Shown here in pieces: positions 11,205-20,923 of a stretch of DNA of 64,000 bases. The first letter of the stretch is position 1, and each line of letters opens with the position of its first letter. The notes below the pieces were generated by a model. The model saw nothing but the letters and a program-made list of their open reading frames with translations, ran no database searches and was not told the origin of the DNA. The stretch comes from an uncultured Acidobacteriota bacterium (lineage in GTDB: Bacteria > Acidobacteriota > UBA6911 > RPQK01 > JAPXNP01), in the NCBI GenBank assembly GCA_963777605.1, contig CAVZRV010000027.1:192001-256000 (forward strand). Direction: 5' to 3'. Made by a program: the position numbers and the translations under genes.

Positions 11205-11288
11205 AGCCCGTTACGGGACCATCCTTTACGTTTCCTATTCTTAAGATTCGCCGAACTCACGTTCGGCCGACGTTTCAGGAGGTAAATT

Positions 11289-12065
11289 ATGGCTACTTCA
11301 CTAGGACGTTTCGTCTGGTACGACCTGTTGACGAGCGATCCGGACTCCGCCCTCCAGTTCTATTCTTCAGTGGTCGGCTGGGGGACAGAAGCGTGGAAGG
11401 GCGACATGCCCTACACCATGATAACGGTGGGCGGTAAACCCCAGGGAGGAGTAATGGAACTGCCGCAGGAGGCGGTCGCGATGGGAGCTCCCCCACACTG
11501 GGAACCATATGTCTCGACCCTCGACGTCGACGCAGCAGCCAAGAAAGTGGAGAAACTCGGCGGTAAGGTCTACAAGGAACCGACGGACATTCCTGGAGCC
11601 GGGCGATTCTCGGTAGTCGCAGATCCGCACGGAGCAATCTTCTCTCTTTTCGCCTCGGCCGAGGGAGCGTATCCCCAGGAGTTCGCCCCGTCGATCGGGC
11701 AGTTTTCGTGGCACGAACTGGCTTGCTTGGACAACAAGGCGGCCTTCGCCTTCTACGAAGAGCTCTTTTCGTGGCAGGCCCTGCACGCCATGGACATGGG
11801 CGACGCCGGAACGTACCAGATCTTCGGACTCGACGGCCAAGCCATGGGCGGCATGTACACCAAGCCGGCTTCAATGCCGGCGCCACCCCACTGGCTGTGC
11901 TACGTTCGGGTTTCCGACATGAATCAGGCTGTCGAAAAGATCAAATCCCACGGAGGCAAGATCTTGAACGGCCCCATGGACGTCCCTGACGGCGACCAGA
12001 TCGCCCAGGCGATGGATCCCCAGGGAGCTGCCTTCGCAGTCCACCACCACAAGGTGAAGTCCTAA
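11289..12065 (+). CDS. Tandem VOC/glyoxalase-like protein
   Basis: Two repeats (GRFVWYDL/GQFSWHEL; DPHGAIF/DPQGAAF); AGGAGG RBS. Confidence 0.9.
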   Translation: MATSLGRFVWYDLLTSDPDSALQFYSSVVGWGTEAWKGDMPYTMITVGGKPQGGVMELPQEAVAMGAPPHWEPYVSTLDVDAAAKKVEKLGGKVYKEPTDIPGAGRFSVVADPHGAIFSLFASAEGAYPQEFAPSIGQFSWHELACLDNKAAFAFYEELFSWQALHAMDMGDAGTYQIFGLDGQAMGGMYTKPASMPAPPHWLCYVRVSDMNQAVEKIKSHGGKILNGPMDVPDGDQIAQAMDPQGAAFAVHHHKVKS

Positions 12066-12072
12066 CCGCTGC

Positions 12073-12096
12073 GTGCGGGACCTGTGGGTCCCGCAC
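12073..12096. terminator. Hairpin between convergent genes
   Basis: GTGCGGGAC-N6-GTCCCGCAC perfect 9-bp stem; no clear U-tract. Confidence 0.45.
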
Positions 12097-12191
12097 CCGC
12101 CTTCATCCGGGATTGACCAGCCTGCGCAACTGACACAGAGAGGGTCGCAATGCCGCATCATCCAGGATTTGAGACAAGGCCGAAAAAGGCC

Positions 12192-12743
12192 TTATCGACG
12201 CTCCCAGGAGAGGATCTCCCGGCGTCTCCGGATCAGGTCTTCTACCTCGAAAGCCATATTGGGATCGACCTCGTTCGCCATCGGCATGACGAATTCCTCA
12301 GTCTCCCGTATGTAGGATTCGATCTTGGCAGGAGGGAAAACACCAGGCTGAAGATCGGTCAGATTGCTGATCCGATCGGCGACTTTGAGGATCTTTGCGA
12401 GGCGGGACCCCTGGTCCCTGATGCGCTCCATAAAATCACACTTCGGTTCGTCCCGGCGCGTCACTTCGTAAACGAGTCGCACGACCGCGTCCCCATCATG
12501 ATCCAGTCTGCCGATCGCAGCCGGGTCGGCCTGGGGGAAGTCCTCGAACAGGTCGTGAATAACCGCCGACTTCAGGAGGACCGGGTCGATGTAGCCGTAA
12601 TCGATGAGAATCGCCATCGTACTCATGGAATGACGAAACTGGTTTCCACCGTTACGGCGCCTCAACCCGATCAGCGCAGTTGCCTTTTGGATGTATGGAG
12701 CCAGTGTGATTGCTTCGAGAGTCAGCCTGTCAGTATCTTCCAT
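12192..12743 (-). CDS. Stand-alone HD domain protein, SpoT/MESH1-like (small alarmone hydrolase-like)
   Basis: AVIHDLFED, LVYEVT and LKVADRISNL match HD_4 hydrolase motifs; 183 aa. Confidence 0.75.
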   Translation of the reverse strand: MEDTDRLTLEAITLAPYIQKATALIGLRRRNGGNQFRHSMSTMAILIDYGYIDPVLLKSAVIHDLFEDFPQADPAAIGRLDHDGDAVVRLVYEVTRRDEPKCDFMERIRDQGSRLAKILKVADRISNLTDLQPGVFPPAKIESYIRETEEFVMPMANEVDPNMAFEVEDLIRRRREILSWERR

Positions 12744-12916
12744 GGACGATTGCGTGGCAGTGTTCTTTCGGGACGGATTGAAAGAATGCTGCCCCCTTCC
12801 GGCCCCTGAGCCGGAAAGGGATCACTATAAGGCAAGAGCCGCACTGCCGCAAAGGATTGTTTTTGGCCCCGGTCGTCAGCATATGCGGCTTTGACCCTGA
12901 GAAACGATTGGTGAGC

Positions 12917-13379
12917 CTAGTGTCCTGTCTCAGGTCATAAATGCCCAGCTTCTTCTCAATCGAGGCCACCTGCCCGACGATCCGCTCGAAGCCGTCATCT
13001 CCGAAGAGGTCATGTTCCCGGCCTTCCGGAAACGAGGAAAGATGAAATCTTCCTCCAACTTTTCGTGGTAGTCCTCGATGAACGAACGGATGATTCCGGC
13101 CGAATCCCGGATCGCTGCCTGCGGGATTTCCTCGCTGCCGTCGAGCCGCCGAATCGCTTCCTGGTAGACCAGAAGGATCCGTTTCAAGACACCATGCTCG
13201 CGCATGAGATCCTCCGCCGGAGAGATCTCCTCTTCCGGCTCCTCGGCGGCCAACAACCTCCGATTCGCTGATTCTCCGAGCACCCATCCCATGGCGAGCA
13301 GCTTCGATCCAGCCGTAGCCGTTTGAAGGAAACGCCGCCGCATCGTCTTCCGGGTAATCAAAGTGATCTGGTCTGACAC
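12917..13379 (-). pseudogene. Tat-exported hemerythrin/HHE protein with internal deletion
   Basis: RRRFL signal; EDLMREHG..HEKLEE..FP in one frame joined at ~13017 to EHDLFGDDGFE..IEKKLGIYDL in another. Confidence 0.75.
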
Positions 13380-13662
13380 GGAACCCCCTCTCAGACGAGT
13401 CGTTCACAGCCCACTGTCCCGCCGGGACGGGCCTATGCTGCCCATCATTACAACAGCGTATCTAGTCTTCTGGAATCGGCCCCGGCCCGGAAATGAACTC
13501 GGGAGATTCCCTGGAGGAGGTCGAATTCCTTTCGAAACCGGCTCAGCCGTCACTCAAGCTTCCCTCTCTTCTGACCAGACCGAAGGAGTCCGATTGTGGA
13601 GCTCTCTCACACCGAAGCATATTCCTATGGGAGAAATACACAACCGCCTTCAGCCCCATGAA

Positions 13663-14685
13663 CTACGGAGCAACCGGGGCGCACATGGCCCAGACCTGGA
13701 TCGTGGCGTTGATCGTGCCGCTGGAGTTTTCCGCGGGCACCTGGAATTCGGCGCTCCACCCCTGACTAAACAGTGGATAGGACTTAGCCAGGGTCAGTTC
13801 GTGAGAGAAAGAGTTGGAGAAGCCCGCCCCTCCTCCCAGAACACTCTTACCTGCCGGGCAGTTGACACTGAAGGACCGTATCGCAAACCGTGGCTCGTTG
13901 ACGAGTTCGTAGGTCTCGACCACCTGTTCATACCCGGAGATAGCTGAGGACACCGCCGCTTTCGGTCCAAAGGCAGCGACCGTGCTGACGTTCCCTGTGT
14001 GCACCTCCTGGACCAGCGAAACCAGCACCACCTCTCCCGAAGAGGTCGAAAGCGACACCGAACCGGCAAAGTCCGTCAGGTCAGATCCAAACAACGAATC
14101 CTCGTTCAGAAAGGCCGCCACCTGCTTCAGGGGACCGATAACAAGGTGAGCCGGATCTCCAACAGTGTGGCCCTCGGGGTCGAGCAGAACCGCCGTTACC
14201 TCGATCGAATCAGTCAGGTCGGGATTCGCGATCGCCAGGCCCGATCGATAGTCCGAGTTGATGAAGCCGCTGACTCTCGCATCTGCGACCTGCGCAGACG
14301 GCAAGACCCCGATTCTCGGCAACGGCTTGCCAACGAACAGGTCGACAAACTCGGTGGCAATGAAATCGGCATCCGCTGAGAGACGGACCCATCCCCGGGA
14401 CAGCGTTCCGTCTCCACTCCCGAACGTCACGGAACCGGTTCCCAGTGGTGCAACCGATAGGAACTCCACCTTCAGCAGTGAACCATCAAATGAATAGAAG
14501 TCGGCGCGGACTGCAACCTCTCCCACGGTTGCGGGGTTGTGGATCGAGAAGGTCGTCGTCGAACCGGCATCGATTACCGCCTGGGCAAAGTAGAGATCCT
14601 GGCTGCCGAATTCCGCCGCCACAGCATAGACCGACATCCCCGCAAGCAGGATTATCACCGGCAGGAGACGCCGCAAGAGCAGCAC
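13663..14685 (-). CDS. Secreted protein: shared ~220-aa module plus C-terminal CPAGK.VLGGG domain
   Basis: Signal peptide; LYFAQ..TTFSIHNP..GWVRLS..SGLAIANP module; start codon uncertain. Confidence 0.75.
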   Translation of the reverse strand: MLLLRRLLPVIILLAGMSVYAVAAEFGSQDLYFAQAVIDAGSTTTFSIHNPATVGEVAVRADFYSFDGSLLKVEFLSVAPLGTGSVTFGSGDGTLSRGWVRLSADADFIATEFVDLFVGKPLPRIGVLPSAQVADARVSGFINSDYRSGLAIANPDLTDSIEVTAVLLDPEGHTVGDPAHLVIGPLKQVAAFLNEDSLFGSDLTDFAGSVSLSTSSGEVVLVSLVQEVHTGNVSTVAAFGPKAAVSSAISGYEQVVETYELVNEPRFAIRSFSVNCPAGKSVLGGGAGFSNSFSHELTLAKSYPLFSQGWSAEFQVPAENSSGTINATIQVWAMCAPVAP

Positions 14686-14930
14686 TTTGACAAAGACGTC
14701 ACTTGTTCTGACAAGCAAGGGACAGTCACCTGTTCTGGTCGGCTCGATTAGGGGCTGGGAACAGGCGAGGAGCCGGCAAGTTCTCGATGCATCGGTCATC
14801 AGGTTCTCCCTCCGACAGGCCAAGCCTGTCTTTTCGACCCACATTGAAACGGTAAGACATTGGAAAGGTTAATCTTGTACCTTCACGAAGGAAATATGAA
14901 GAATAAAAACCTGGCAGGGTCACCGGGACG

Positions 14931-15400
14931 TCAATTCCCCGGGTTGACGGGGAACGCGGTTAGCGTCGGCAGCCCATCGGGGAAAATCGCCCCCGGGCTA
15001 ACCTGACGAAGCACCATCGCCGCAACGGGCCGGGAACTGTGGACCACTACAACAGCCCGAGTTTCCTTGAGCCGATCGAGAAGCCCAGGGTCTGACTCCC
15101 CTGATTCGAGGGCGTACAAATGGAATCGTCGTAGGGGGCGTCAACCGTCAGGTTCGCCCCCTTGCCGGTCCCAAGCACGTGATTGTAGTCCTGAGTGTGG
15201 ATGCTTCCGTAGATCCGGTCGGGATCGAACCCGACGTTCTCCATGATGTCAATCTCGCCACAGGCAGGCCAGCCGACCTGAGAGATGTTGGTCCCCAGCA
15301 TCCAGCTCGCCGGCCACATCCCCTTGCCAGTGGGCAGCTTGGCCCGGACTTCGATCCTCCCGTATGTCCAACTCTTCCGCCCCGTACGGGTCAGAACGCT
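14931..15400 (-). pseudogene. Remnant of a GH16 glucanase fused to the C-terminal end of the shared module
   Basis: YGRIEVRAKLP.G.G.WPA.WML and EIDIME catalytic motif; continues into SSRPVAAMVLRQ..TLTAFPV; 5' end absent. Confidence 0.8.
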
Positions 15401-16309
15401 CAAATTTTCAGATTCTTCAGATAGGCAACACTCTGACGGGTGAGCGCCCAGTTCTGCTCGACGAAATAGTTTTTGACCCCACCCACCGGGGCGGCTTTGA
15501 AGGTTTCCACCCAGTTGATACTGCCCTTGCCCACCGGAACCTGGGGATGCCTCATCCCACGATACTGCGGGGGAGTTCCCTTTGGGGGAGGAACCAGGCG
15601 CTTCATGTCGATGTCCTGGAGGTGCATCGAGAAGAAGCGGCCCGGGTATTTCCGAAAGTAATCGGCCCCGACCAGTCCCTCGGTGATGGTCGACATCTGG
15701 AACTGAAACTTGACCAGTTCAGGATCGAGCAGGTCGAAAAGCCGATCATAGGTCAGCTGGCCATCGATCTTCGAAAGTTCAAAGCCTTCGTTGTGAAGTC
15801 CCTGCTGCATGCCGTTCTTTGCCGCGACCTCGGCGATCCGGTTGTATTCTTCGGCCGCTTGCTTCACCTGGTCCAAGGTCGGATGACTGCCCCCGTTCCC
15901 CTGCCCCAGCGTCGCCGAGATCATCTGCGTAATGCCCACATCATGCGCCCACTCAATGCTCTTCTCCTGCTTGTGCCGAAGTTCATCCATCGTGAAGTGA
16001 GAGCTCTCCGACTGGAGGCCATGATCGGCCATGATCTGCTTCACTTCTTTGCCATTCGAGAGCGAAGCGAACTCTGGGACCGTATCCGATCGGTGAACAG
16101 AGCTCGAGTCGGGTTACTCCAATCTCGGAGATTTTCTTCACAAAACCGGGAAAGTCCGAAAGCATCGAGCGTATGGGCCAGACCTGGCTGCCGATCGGCA
16201 TGCCAAGTGGATTGGCGCGAAGTCCGGCCGAATCGGACAACAGTATTCCAACTGCGCCAGTGCCGATTGTTGCTCTCGTGATGAATCGTCGTCTCGAAAT
16301 CTTGCTCAT
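15400..16309 (-). CDS. Tat-exported sugar phosphate isomerase/epimerase (AP endonuclease 2 TIM barrel), frameshift near 16075
   Basis: SRRRF signal; GLHNEGFE, MHLQD, VGKGSINW, YFVEQ motifs split over two frames. Confidence 0.8.
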
Positions 16310-16799
16310 TCGTGTCTCCTTTAGAATCCGGTCAGCCCGCAAAGCCTGCGCCTGACCTTGCAGCAACAAGACCATCTTCCCCCTTCCCGAGTCGAAACTG
16401 AAGTCCCCACTGCGGGGAAATTCAATCGGACCTGCTCCACTCCTTGTCGCCTCAGAGTTCCGTGCCTAAGATGGAGTCCGCACCAAACCAACGGAGTTGC
16501 ACCATGAGAATCTGTGTCGGGAATCCGGCTGGGGCTGCTTTCGTGATGGCCATCGACAACCACTTCAACGGCGAGCGGAGAGGGCAGGCATGGGCGCCAA
16601 GGGACACTCACTTGTCAAATCACCTTTCCAGTCAGATTGAGATGTTCCGGAAACACCGCTTTGACGTTGTCTATCCTTGTCGAACGGAGCGCATACCTGG
16701 ATCAACGGGTGAGACTATTCGAAGAGTTCGCACCTCGACTCTTTGAGGAGCAGCGGGACTCGAAGGCTCGGAGGGCTGTACAATCTGGCCAATAGTGGC

Positions 16800-19430
16800 A
16801 TGAAGATTTCCAGTTTCCCTTACTGAACGCCTGCCGAAGTCGAGAACCGGTGCCACCCGGCATGCCTTCTCGTTTGCCATCCTGCTATATGGGTGTCTTC
16901 TCATACTGCTCTTCTCGGACGTGCTGTTTCTGAATCGCACTCTGGACCCTTATCCGTTTCGTCCCCGGTATCGACGGCACCACGCTCGCGAAAGGCGGGA
17001 AGGGACCGGTATTCTGCAACGACGCAGGAGCGGTAGTCTGGGCATACCAACCCTGGAACATCCTGGTTCACCGGTCCCTGTTCGAGGATGGACAGATCCC
17101 TCTCTGGAATCCCTACCAGGCCACCGGAACGCCACTGGCTGCGAACTTTCAGTCCGGAGTCTTCTCTCCCCTTCAGTGGCCTTTCTTCCTGTGGACATCT
17201 CGAGCCTGGTGGGATTTTCTCTTCGTGGCCCGCCTGTTGCTGGCGGGAGTATTCACGTTCCTCTTCCTCCGCCGGATTGAACTCCCCTTTGCCTCAGCGT
17301 GGCTGGGCGGCCTGGCCTACATGCTCAGTGGTTACCTGATTGACTACATCAACATGAACCACCTGGCGGTGCCGCTCCTCCTGCCCTCCGCCTTTTACTT
17401 CGCCGAGAGCTGGAGACGGCTCGGAAGTCGCCGGCATTTCCTGGGCACGGTTGCGTCGTTGGCACTGATCGTCCTCGCGGGAATGCCGGAGGCTTCTCTG
17501 CTTGCCTGGTTCATGGTGGGCGGTTTCATTGCGTTTGAGCTCTTTCAGGACAGGAGTCCGCTCCGGGACTGGCTGCTCTGGACAGCTGATTTTCGGACTG
17601 GCGCTCCTGGTCGCTGGCGTTCTCCTGGTTCCCGGCCTGGAGTACCTCTCACTGGCCCACAGCAAGCACTTCGTTCAGGAATGGGGAACCCGCTCTTTCG
17701 ATCTTCGGTCCGTCATCGGGCTCTGGATCCCGTACTTTTTTGGGCCCCCGGGCGGAGTCGGTTGGTCGCCGGTCTTCGACAAGGCTTTTGACGTCCCCTC
17801 CGGTATCGGAGTCCTGGTTCTCGCCCTTTCGATTGCAGGGGTCCTCGGTTCCAGTCTCCGTCTTCGGTGGTTTTTCGCGGGATGTGCAGGCCTGGGACTG
17901 CTGAAACTTTTCGGGTTTCCGATGCTGAACGCCGCCGGTTCGCTTCCCGTGCTGCGCTTCATCATCTTCACGAAGTACCTTCAGCCGAGCATCGCCTTTT
18001 CACTTGCGGTGCTGGCCGCCACAGGTTTTTCGACCCTGCGGCCAGAAACCGGTCCGGTCTCGTGATCACCGTAGCGGCGGGCATTGTCTGGGCCCTCACC
18101 CTCGGGTTCACCTCGTTGAACGCCGAGGCAATTCTCGCAGCGCAACCTCTTCTCCGGCTCGGGGTCGCCGCCTGTATCCTGTTCGCGTTGCTCATGTGCG
18201 CTTTCCTCGGCGGCTGCCGGATACCTGCTTTACCGGGGCCGCGGGAAGATGCCGGCCGTGATATTTGCACTCACGACCTTGGAACTCTTCGGCCTGGCTG
18301 TCCGCCTGCACCCCGACCGCCCCAAGCAGTGCCGTTGAAACAACTCGGACCGCCCGGACTGTCAAAGGCCTCGATCAAGCGTATCGGCTAACGGGAGGGC
18401 AGGTGCTGTTTCCGAATGCGGCCTCCCGTCTTGGCGTCCCGGACCTGCGAGTGTTGGACCCTCTGCTGCCGGAGAACCTGGGATCGGCGCTGGCGGAACT
18501 GGCCGGTCAGCCGATTCAGTCTCGCTTTTCAGGGGACGAGTTCACCGACTACGACCACCCCGCACTCGACTGGCTCGGAGTTCGTTATGTTCTGTCCCGC
18601 CGCGACATTCGCAACCTGTTGCTGCGCGGTCCGTCCCCATCGCAGGAACTGGCGGGAGACCTGTGAACTCAGTGATACTCGCAGAAGGACTCGATTCCCC
18701 TCGTTCGCGTGAGTCCTTCGACTCACTGCCAGTTTCGGATTCCGGAAGAATCACAGTTCCAGATCATCCTGAAAGCAAACGCCGGCGGAATCTTCCAGCT
18801 CAAGAGTGGCAACCGCCTCTTGCTCAGAAAGAGCTACCGTCCCGGGCTGAGTCGTCTCGGCCCATTTCACGATGACGAACTGCGCAAGGTGGGTTACCAC
18901 TCGCTGGTTCAGGTCGAGACGACCGGGACGGTCGAAGTGGCGGCGGTAGCCACTGACAGCGCAGGAAACCCGGGCCTGTTGCCCTCCGGGGATTCGACCA
19001 GCGGAATCCGAATCTTCGAACGGCCTTTCGCCCGCCCGATTGCGTGGGTTGCTGATCGGAAGCCGGCCCTGGACAAGTCCATCCGTGACTGGCCCCGTCT
19101 CGGTCGGGAGGCAGAAACATCGGCGGAAAGAGCGCATCTAGGGTCGTCCGTCGAACCGCCAATCGGCTGGAGTTGCAGGTCCCGGGGCAGGCCGGAGGGT
19201 ACCTGATCATTGCCCAGACTTTCTTTCCGGGCTGGACCTGCCGTGATCAACGGGAAACCGGCACGACTCGAACGACTCGGGAACCTGCTTACAGGTGTTC
19301 CCGTTCCAGCCGGAACCCTGAGAATAGTTCTCCGCTATTCGCCCCACTTCGGTTTGGATCGGGTTGCTTCATCACCCTGACCGGGCTTGATTCTGGCAGC
19401 GGATAGCGGCATGGAGCGTGACCCGTCCGG
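16800..19430 (+). CDS. YfhO-like polytopic membrane protein (GT-C type), multiple frameshifts
   Basis: Successive frames give [46 protein letters not shown]; ends approximate. Confidence 0.65.
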
Positions 19431-19478
19431 GCTCGGATGGTATTCTGGGTGAAATTCCCACTCACAGGAGCGGACCAA

Positions 19479-20367
19479 ATGACACGGAAAACGGCTTCTG
19501 ATTTTGACCCGGAACTGCTCAGACTCTACGACCGCTACGTCCACGGCGGGATCTCCCGCCGCGGGTTTCTGGAAGGGGCCAAGCGGTTCGTGGCCGGAGG
19601 CCTGACCGCGGCGGCGATCCTCGAAAGCCTCAACCCCGATTACGCGCTGGCCCAGCAGGTCCCAAAGGACGATCCGCGAATATCGGCCGAGTACGTCACC
19701 TACTCCTCTCCGGAAGGGTACGGAACCATCCGGGGACTGCTGGCTCGCCCCTCCGAGTCACCGGGGACACTCCCCGGTGTCCTGGTGGTTCACGAAAATC
19801 GCGGTCTCAATCCCTACATTGAGGACGTTGCCCGTCGCCTGGGAGCTGCCGGTTTCCTTGCCCTGGCTCCCGACGGACTCACTCCGGTCGGCGGCTACCC
19901 GGGGAACGACGACAAAGGAAGAGAACTCCAGGCCAGTCTCGACGGCGGGAAGATGCTGGAAGACTTCGTGGCGGCCGCCGGTTATCTGAAGAATCGTCCC
20001 GAGTGCACGGGTAAAATCGGAGTGGTCGGCTTCTGTTACGGCGGCTTTGTCGCCAACACCCTGGCGGTCCGACTGCCCGACCTGGCGGCCGCGGTTCCGT
20101 TTTACGGACGGCAGCCTGCGGCCGAAGATGTGAGCCCGGATCAAGGCCCGGCTGTTGATTCACTATGCCGAGAACGACGAACGGGTCAATTCCGGCTGGC
20201 CGGCCTACGAAACTGCGCTGAAGGCAAACCACGTGGACTACCAGGTGTTCATCTATCCCGGAACCGTCCACGGTTTTCACAACGACACCACGCCCCGTTA
20301 CAATCCCGAAGCCGCCGAACTCGCCTGGAAGCGCACCATCGACTTCTTCAATCAGACGCTTCGCTGA
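19479..20367 (+). CDS. Dienelactone hydrolase family protein (YghX-like), frameshift near 20133
   Basis: [29 protein letters not shown] nucleophile, [11 protein letters not shown]. Confidence 0.88.
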
Positions 20368-20393
20368 CCGAGCCCGAACCGGAGGGGCTCGGT
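20367..20393 (+). terminator. Hairpin after dienelactone hydrolase
   Basis: ACCGAGCCC-N9-GGGCTCGGT 9-bp stem followed by pyrimidine-rich sequence. Confidence 0.4.
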
Positions 20394-20444
20394 TCCGTCT
20401 TCCCTGTGCCTTTGCCGCCTGCTGCTCGAGACGGAGAAACCGCT

Positions 20445-20923
20445 ATGGAAGTGACTGTGAAACTGAGTGTCAACGGTGTTGCCCGAACGGTGACTACCGA
20501 CCAGCGACGCCGGTTGCTCGACGTTTTGCGGGAGGAGTTCGGACTGACCGGTTCGCGATTCGGATGCGGGGAAGGTCAGTGCGGGGCCTGCACGGTCCTC
20601 ATTGACGGCAAAGCTTCACGGTCATGCATTACCCCGATCTCGGCAGTCGAAGGCAAGTCAGTGACAACGATCGAAGGGCTCGCTCAAAACGGGTCACTTC
20701 ATCCCGTCCAGGAGGCATTCATCCAGCACAATGCGATGCAGTGCGGATACTGTACCAGCGGGATGATCCTCACAACGGTCGCACTTCCTGAATCGGAACC
20801 CGAATCCCACCGAAGCCGAGATCGTCGCCGCGATGAATGGAAATCTGTGTCGCTGCAACGGTTATCCGAAAATCCTGGCCGCCGTCCGCGAGGCGGCCCG
20901 CAAGAATGCGGAGTTGAAAGTGA
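20445..20923 (+). CDS. (2Fe-2S) small subunit of a xanthine dehydrogenase-family oxidoreductase, frameshift near 20787
   Basis: [26 protein letters not shown]; 3' end uncertain. Confidence 0.85.

Noticed and set aside
16440-16795. Possible degraded coding sequence (SGNH-like D.H motif) upstream of the YfhO-like gene
   Set aside because: Frames are ambiguous and no family can be supported.
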